A stretch of 64,000 nt of DNA. Source: the human T2T-CHM13v2.0 reference genome, Homo sapiens. The notes under the pieces were generated by a model that worked only from the letters and a program-made list of their open reading frames with translations, did no database searches and had not been told where the DNA came from. The stretch lies in NCBI RefSeq assembly GCF_009914755.1, contig NC_060928.1, one strand, 5' to 3'. Both the position numbers and the translations under genes were made by a program. Below, in pieces: positions 56,857-64,000 of this stretch. Within the stretch, counting starts at the first letter, position 1. Each line of letters starts with the position of its first letter.

Positions 56857-57062
56857 TTCATTAGTTGATTCCCTGAACAAATATTTATTAATTGACCACT
56901 GTGTGTTAGACTATGTACTACATTCTGGGAAATACTGGAGAGAAACCCCACACAGGATCTCTGCCCTAAATCGTGCATTTGGAGCCCAGGAATCTGTATT
57001 ACAACAACTACCACAGGTTGATTCTGATGCTAATGATTTATGGACCACACTTTAAGAAATAA
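56857..57062. mobile_element. L2 3' tail (minus strand) followed by a MER5 fragment
   Basis: aacaaatatttattaattgaccactgtgtgttagac; ggagcccaggaatctgtatt...gattctgatgc...ggaccacactttaagaa. Confidence 0.65.
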
Positions 57063-58424
57063 TATTTTTGTGTACAAATGCATTTAAATATAGAACTGGT
57101 AAATTGTGGCAATGGAATTAATCCTTTAACAAAAATAAATTTTGTTCAACGCAGCCAAAATAGGAGCTGCTGTCCCATCCCCTAGGCCCTGTGTCCCAAA
57201 GTGTGGCAACGGTGGGGTTTTCAATGACCTTACTGTCCTGCAGTGAGACAGTGCTGCTTTCCGAACACCAGCAGCTGGAAGCTTAGTTGCTACATCAGGA
57301 GGAAATTCATGGCTTCACAATTTCCATATGGATCTATTTTAGATATGAAAATCCCATCCATATGGAAAACGTTATAACAGAGAATACAAGTGAATTAGTA
57401 ATTTCACAGCTTTACACACCTAAACCTTTAGCATTAAGGTAATTTTCACTGGTTAAATTTGGAAAATAAAAGAGTAAATCTGCCTTGCTCTTGAGGGTCA
57501 CTATTTTCTTTTAAGTAAAAATAGACATGGTGCCATAATCATATTAAAGGTAAAGAGATAACTATTAAATTTGAGGAGGTATCATTTGCATTGGTTCCCT
57601 TTCAATCTGTCTGCAATCCTACCCTACTTATGGGCTTTCTATGACCCATATGTTTTCAGAAAAAATTAAATCCCCTTAACAACGAAAATTGTTGCATTTA
57701 CTTCTTATCTTTCCTCCTTTCTTGGGGGAAAAACATTATATTGATCATAACATATTATATAACATATTGTAATGTATGATTGATAAAACATCTATAAAAT
57801 ACATATATTTATATGCAAATAGAAATATATTGATAGACATACCAACTATGTGCTTTGTATAAATATGTATTATATATAAATTATATGTATTTTGGCAAAC
57901 TATACTATGTGTGTACGTACACATATGTATCTAATATTGATTAAGAATATTAACTTTCCAAGCTTGTATATTAGACCTAAATTAGAGTTTCTTTTAAAGA
58001 TTATTTATAAATAACTTGAAAGAAAGTCTATATTAGAGTACAATTTTTAAGTCAAAAAGTTGTATTCCAGTATATGTGTAATTGCAAAACCTGCTCAGGA
58101 CTGAAAAGACTAAAATTCACAATGTCGGTCCTTGTTTATACAAGAAATATTATTTGAAACTGAAGTTAAAGACCAGAGAGTTGTTTTGGTTATTTTTAAA
58201 TTATTATTGTTGATTGGGTGCACGAAACTGTATGAAATATAGTGACACTTTTGCATTGCGCCCTTTATCTATTCTAGTGCCAACAGACAAATCAATACAT
58301 TTCTATTTTTAGAAATCGTGGAGTTTAGAATCTCATCTTAAAACTGAAGCGAATTAAGAAAGAACAAAACCTGCTAATGTCTCTTGTACTCTCCTGTGAA
58401 ACCTTAAGTTCACGTCCAAGTGCA

Positions 58425-58560
58425 CGGAGTTGAACATTTAAGCTAGAAGCTTTATAGGTCATCTAGTGACTCTTATTTTACAAACAAGGAAACAGAAACA
58501 TGAGGAAGCTTGGGCTAAGATTGTTGGTGATGAAGCCAGAAGTAGATTCAAAGTCCTTTA
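58425..58560 (-). mobile_element. MIR fragment
   Basis: aggtcatctagtgactcttattttacaaacaaggaaacagaa. Confidence 0.65.
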
Positions 58561-60095
58561 AAGTCTATCGATGGGACACAACAGACACGAGCTCTTCTAG
58601 AAATGTCCACGTTGTTATTTTCATGCATGACCTCACTGCAGTGCAATATGAAGGATGATGGGTACTCAGTATCCAACTCAGTTATCATGTGTCCACAAAC
58701 AGTGTTCTAGCTGCCTGTGTTAACACTGCATGATAATGGAAAGCTGAGTGCTTTTACCGTGACAGATGTCAATCATCAAATCAACCCCAACATCAAAACG
58801 AATACTAAAGGTTTTTAGATTCACGTATTACTGAGATTCTTGGTGGTAAGTGTAATAATATAATACATATTGGAAATATCCAAATCCCAAAGAACAAATT
58901 TGTTTAAGGACAAAAATAAATTGAGGGATGTAAGAATGTGTTTACAATGGAATAAAAGTGATGTGATGAATCAGGCTCAGCCCAGAATCGCCAAGGCTAA
59001 TTTTTCGAATGTCAAACACGGTTTGGGGCAACTGGAGTAGTAATCCAGGAGCCCCAAACCTTTTTGCTTCTGGAATTCTCATAGAGAGAACAGGCTGCTT
59101 TTAGGGATTGTTTGAGTTGATGCCACAATCCGAGTTCCTTTACGAGCCAATGTATAGAACAACCCACACATCCATTTGTTTTTGTGAGCTACAGATGGAT
59201 AAGCAGAAAATAACCATTTGACATTAAAATGTACAGTTCACTCATAAACAGTACAACCAAGCATTCACATTTCAGCTACAGTGAGGGGTCTTCCAGAGAA
59301 TTATATCAGTGGTAACACAGTCATAAGTAAAAGTGCTTAATATTCCTGTCTACAACCAAAGGAGGAACATTACTCCCCTAATTAGTGAATGGAAAAGACA
59401 TTAGTATAACTGAAATGGCTATATAAATCAGTTTCTTGTTTTAAAAGATGAAGAAACAATTCTTATTCTGAGAAAGATGTGAGAGTTTACAGGCATCTCA
59501 GTTGGACTGTTAATTTCATTTGTAAATTGTGTGACTATAACTAATAAACGTGTGCAAGCTTTCATAAAATTATATTGTTGCCCCAACAGAAACATTTTCA
59601 GCAATGATGAGCAAAGTCATTTTCCTATTGTTGTCACAATAAGTTGTCTTTAAAAAAATCTCTAGAGAAAATGATTAATTAGATTTCAATTATGCTGCAG
59701 AAAAAAATGTACTTTACATACTCACACACTAAAAAGCATTATAGTATTTCTTTAATGTGTTTAAAAATTCAAAAATGTTTTTAAAAGCCACTTAAAAAGT
59801 CAAAGCAAAAGCAAGCTAATGGAAGATGGTGTCATCCTTCAAGTTGATGTATGTTGAGTTTCCCCCACGTCCTTTTGTATGACATTACACAGACATCATT
59901 GGAATTTTTCTAAATTATCTTAGAAGATTCTGAAATACCCATTATGATCTGCTGACAGACACAAGGATAATCTCTATAGTTCTGCCATGGATTGAATGAA
60001 AGACCAAAATTAATGTTACTCCCCTTTAAGAGGAAGGCGGATTAGCTAGGCATGGCTGCTATGTTTGGCTTGACTGCACATTGGGATTAAAAGCA

Positions 60096-60166
<71 letters not shown>
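60096..60166. repeat. Compound (TC)n(CA)n microsatellite followed by a pyrimidine-rich tract
   Basis: Seen directly. Confidence 0.97.
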
Positions 60167-60168
<2 letters not shown>

Positions 60169-61734
60169 CTTCCTCCAGCCCCCGACCTTGAATATTCCTT
60201 GTCAAATTTAAATCCTCTTTCTCCCTTCTTGCCTTTCTCTTCTCTCTCTTTCCCTCCCTCCGTTCTGCTTCCCCCTTTTCCTTCCCATATTTCCCAATTC
60301 ATTCACTCATTATTTCTTCCTTGCTGATTTCGTTTTATCTTTAATTTTATTTTTACTTATTTCTACTCTCCTTACTCTCAATTCTCATTTTTCTCCTATT
60401 TCTCAGTAACCCTTTCTTTACTTAAAAATTATGATGATATCTCCAATGCTTTAATGTACTTTGTTAGTCAACATGATTTGATTAACAAGAGATTAAATTT
60501 TAATAGCATATAAGTCATCTTATATGCTGTTAATATAAATTTGATACATTTTTGTATCAAATTTGTCTAGAAATAAATTTTGGTATTTGCTTCTTTCATA
60601 TGACATTTAAAATATTTTTAAATGGCATTTGTTTGAAAAAGCCACATAGGAAATTTATATTTCTCAAAACTTTAAAAGTTGAACAAAAATCCATATTTCT
60701 ATAGTACAGTAGTACTTGTTATATCGAGAGGTTTTTTAGATTTTGAATTATAATTTTTACAACTCTGCAAACCATGTTATTGCTATAAAAATATTATTTG
60801 CATGAAATACATATATTCTCCTTACGTGTTTTTTTAACTAGGTGAATTACTGCTGCTTTGTGATGTGCCAATGTGTTCTACATTTTAAATTTTAATATTA
60901 AAATATTCTAAGTATGATGGGTAAAATATTGGTCTTAGAATTTATTTTCCATTACTCTAATGAAGCATCCTTTGTTCCACTGAGTGTTTTTGAGACACAG
61001 CCCAAGTTACCTTTCTCTTAAAATAGTTAAGTATATTGCCTCTTATTTCCGGTTTTCTCCTTCACTCCATTCCACACGTCCAAAACTATTTAGTTTTCAA
61101 ATTACATCACCACTGGAGGTGAAGCCGTTTCATCTCCCATGCTTAGCTGCTGCCGGAGGGGACAGACGGGATAAAGCTGGGAATGGGAAAAGGATGAATT
61201 GCATTTTCAGTCTCAGGTCACTCTGGTCCAAGTGATCGGAAACCCACTTCCCAAAGAGATACCTCTTTTATAGAAAATACTCAAGTGTCAGCCTCCTTCT
61301 CCACTACAAGACCCCCTTATTTCCTGGCTTTGTTCCTCTGAGGGCCAGTTTCCTCTGAGAGAATACTTTTACAAACTATCATAATATGACTTTCTAACTT
61401 TCTTTGGGGCAAACCCACCTACTTGCAGGTTCCATATCGCCTTAGCATTCATGCCCTACCCCTCCCAGCACTCTCAAAGTTCAACCCATACAACATAGTC
61501 GATTGTAGCACTCCATGTCCCAAAGTCGGAGTTACCCAGCATAGAAATACACCACAACCCTCATGGGATAGATGCTGCATCAGGATAGACAAGGTGAGTT
61601 TTAGCACTCCCAGAAGAGTAAAACCATTAGACAGGGTTGTGTCATTTCAAATCTGATGCTTTTAAAGATCTCCCATCTGTAGGGTAGATACGAGCCCTCC
61701 TTTTCCTGGTATTCCAACAAGCACTGAATCAACA

Positions 61735-61848
61735 GTGTGCGCATGTGTGCATGCACATATACACACGCACGCACGCAAACGCACACACGCACGCACGCAC
61801 ACGCATGCACACATGCACACACGCACACACACTCATGCACATCCACAC
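61735..61848. repeat. Degenerate alternating purine-pyrimidine (CA/CG/TG) repeat
   Basis: cacacgcacgcacgcaaacgcacacacgcacgcacgcacacgcatgcac. Confidence 0.92.
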
Positions 61849-62534
61849 TACTCAAAGACAAACAATAATTTTCAAAAAGAATAAGCATACAAGCATAGTA
61901 AGGAAAAGCAATATTTACCTAACTAAACACGCTTAGGAAAACATCAGTACTGTGTAGGGTTGGTAGCCTTTTCATCATCCTCTGAATTCTAAACCTTGCT
62001 CAGAAGCCTATAAGTACATAAAATACAGCGACCACTGCGACATTTTAAGTCTACCAAGCTGTTTGCCCCTTGACAAATATCTTCTACATGCCCAAAGAAA
62101 GCCTGGATCATAGATTTTAAATGACCTCCAAAGCCACTTGCCTACCTGTTGAGCAGACCATCAAATTCAGAGCTCCAGTTTTAATTACCAAATTTACCTC
62201 TTTCTGACCAAACCAAAAGAGAAAAGTCAACTCAGGGCACGTCTTTCCAGCCAAACCAAGAGAAAGGTCAACTTCAAAGAATTTAAAGAAGCAAGAACCC
62301 ACAGTGGATCCTCAGGCTTTTAATACCTTACAAGAGAAGGTCTTAGCGAATGGGAGTACTAAATAAAAGTGGGACACTAAAACATCGGGTGATGTGTGGA
62401 CACCTGATTGGCTGGACATGAATAAGTCAGTGTTGTGTGACAGAAGGAAGAGAGAACTTAATGTCAGAAACCTTAACGTCTTTTCCTTCGTTTATTATTC
62501 AACAAACATTTATAACTGGGTACCCCCTGAGTGG

Positions 62535-62790
62535 CAGGTGCTAGGTTCAGGTCCTTCCTCCACCACTCACTGACTGTGGGACTTTGGGTAAATCATTTAC
62601 TCTTTCAGGGGGCTCACTTTTCCTATTTAAAACTTTTTCATGGGGTTCACTTTTCCTATTTAAAATCAAAAAACAAAATCTGGCCTTCTTGTTTGTTGCA
62701 AGGGGTTTTATGGTGAGGTACCAATGAGATATTTGTGGAAGCACTTGTAATACATAGCCTTCTCTATAAGATAAATGTCAGTTATTCCTT
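62535..62790 (+). mobile_element. MIR SINE with an internal 33-bp duplication
   Basis: ctaggttcaggtcc...ctgactgtgggactttgggtaaatcatttac; unit ending cacttttcctatttaaaa at 62600-62632 and 62633-62665. Confidence 0.8.
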
Positions 62791-62864
62791 TGTGCTATTC
62801 CAAAAATTATTTTTGCTCTTAAAAGAGGTAATGTCTACATTAGAAGAAAACAACTCAAAAGAAC

Positions 62865-63000
62865 AATAGTCTGTATTAATATTTCAGCGCTTCGTATACA
62901 CCAGGCAAGCATTACACATATCATCTCATGTAATTCTCACAAAACAATATGAAGTTGCTATTATAATCCTGGTTCCTGTTTTACAGGTGACCAAGGGAGG
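62865..63000 (-). mobile_element. MIR SINE
   Basis: atcatctcatgtaattctcacaaaacaatatgaagttgctattataatcc...gttttacaggtga. Confidence 0.75.
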
Positions 63001-63030
63001 ATGAGCAACACCTTAAAATAAGAAAGCCAG

Positions 63031-63148
63031 CGTAGTGGTGATGGTTTCAGAACACTGTGAACGTACTTAACGCCACTGAATCTTACACTTACAAATGGTT
63101 AAAGTGATAAACGTTATGTGTATTTTACCACAATAAGAATAAATAATA
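63031..63148 (+). mobile_element. L1MB-type 3' terminal stub
   Basis: gtagtggtgatggtttcagaacactgtgaacgtacttaacgccactgaatc...aaatggttaaagtg...tattttaccacaata; TSD aaagccag at 63023-63030 and 63149-63156. Confidence 0.9.
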
Positions 63149-64000
63149 AAAGCCAGGAACCAAAGCCAGACAGTATGCAAATACCTTAAGAGGTGAGATC
63201 ACAGGGCCATGCCAGTTATCTCAGACTAGCAAAGACAGGCATTTATTTTTCTAAAACAAATAGGCATTTGTAGATCTATAGTTTTATCTACTTACTTTTT
63301 AGTGTTTAGAAAAACTGAAGTTTGTGTACTCAATGTCAAGCAATTTTATTGATTATTTGATCTCTAACTGTGGCTCTCCTGGACATGAGTTAGATGCATG
63401 ATCTCCTCAAGGGAATTTATCTCCACGAACTGGATACATAGAGTTTTAAAAACAAATATCTGATATTCTATTTTCTGATTCAAACCAAAGTATTTTGCTT
63501 TATTGTAACTTTAGTTAAACTTTTACGTTGCCAAACTAGAATTATTCATGAAATTCTCAAAACTATATTGGGTTACATGTATTTAAACCATGTTCCGTGA
63601 AAATATAAATGATCCTATAACATTTGCAACCTAATCGTAATTCATTTTATAACGGCAATCTCAAAACACGTTTGTTAATTGTGTTAATTATATCACTCTC
63701 GTTGACTTTCTCAGCTCACTTTCCCTTTTGGTGAAGAGATACTTATGACATTTAGTGTTTAATGTCATTAGCTTTTTTTCTGAATAAGGGTGGGAATATT
63801 GTTCAGCAATTTTGAAATCTAACAGGAATAAATGCAGGATGTGGAGGCATCTGTTGACTATACACATGCTGAAGAATCACAGTTGTTAAGAAATAACAGC
63901 AATCTAAAAGGGAAAGGAGATATACTGGGGGAAAAAATGGTCCCGGAGGGTTAAGAGGAGGTGCTTTGGCAGATTGCTCTGCCCAGCATGCTGTAGTAGC

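Overview
Primate (human-like) nuclear DNA. It is AT-rich, CpG-depleted, has no CpG island, and is dense with mammalian interspersed repeats: 14 Alu/FLAM copies (J, S and Y ages), old L1M and L2 fragments, MIRs, MaLR/ERVL solo LTRs (THE1, MST, MLT1, MLT2, LTR16, MER21) and hAT-Charlie elements (MER1, MER5, MER20, MER58), many with readable target-site duplications (TSDs). I find no credible protein-coding gene, structural RNA gene or CRISPR array. The ORF track is explained by Alu, LTR, low-complexity or chance ORFs, so this is intergenic or deep-intronic DNA, and I could not identify the locus. Repeat family names come from recognition of consensus sequences by eye and need Dfam/RepeatMasker confirmation. 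The most interesting leads are: (1) a minus-strand THE1 solo LTR keeping a DUX4-type site, a TATA-like box and a splice donor, pointing toward well-formed non-coding candidate exons (a possible LTR-driven lncRNA); (2) a triplicated TSD where an L1 stub and an Alu used the same nick site; (3) a very recent 73-bp microhomology-mediated tandem duplication; (4) several perfect hairpins, one pre-miRNA-like; (5) a close inverted Alu pair. No new biological system can be demonstrated from the sequence alone.
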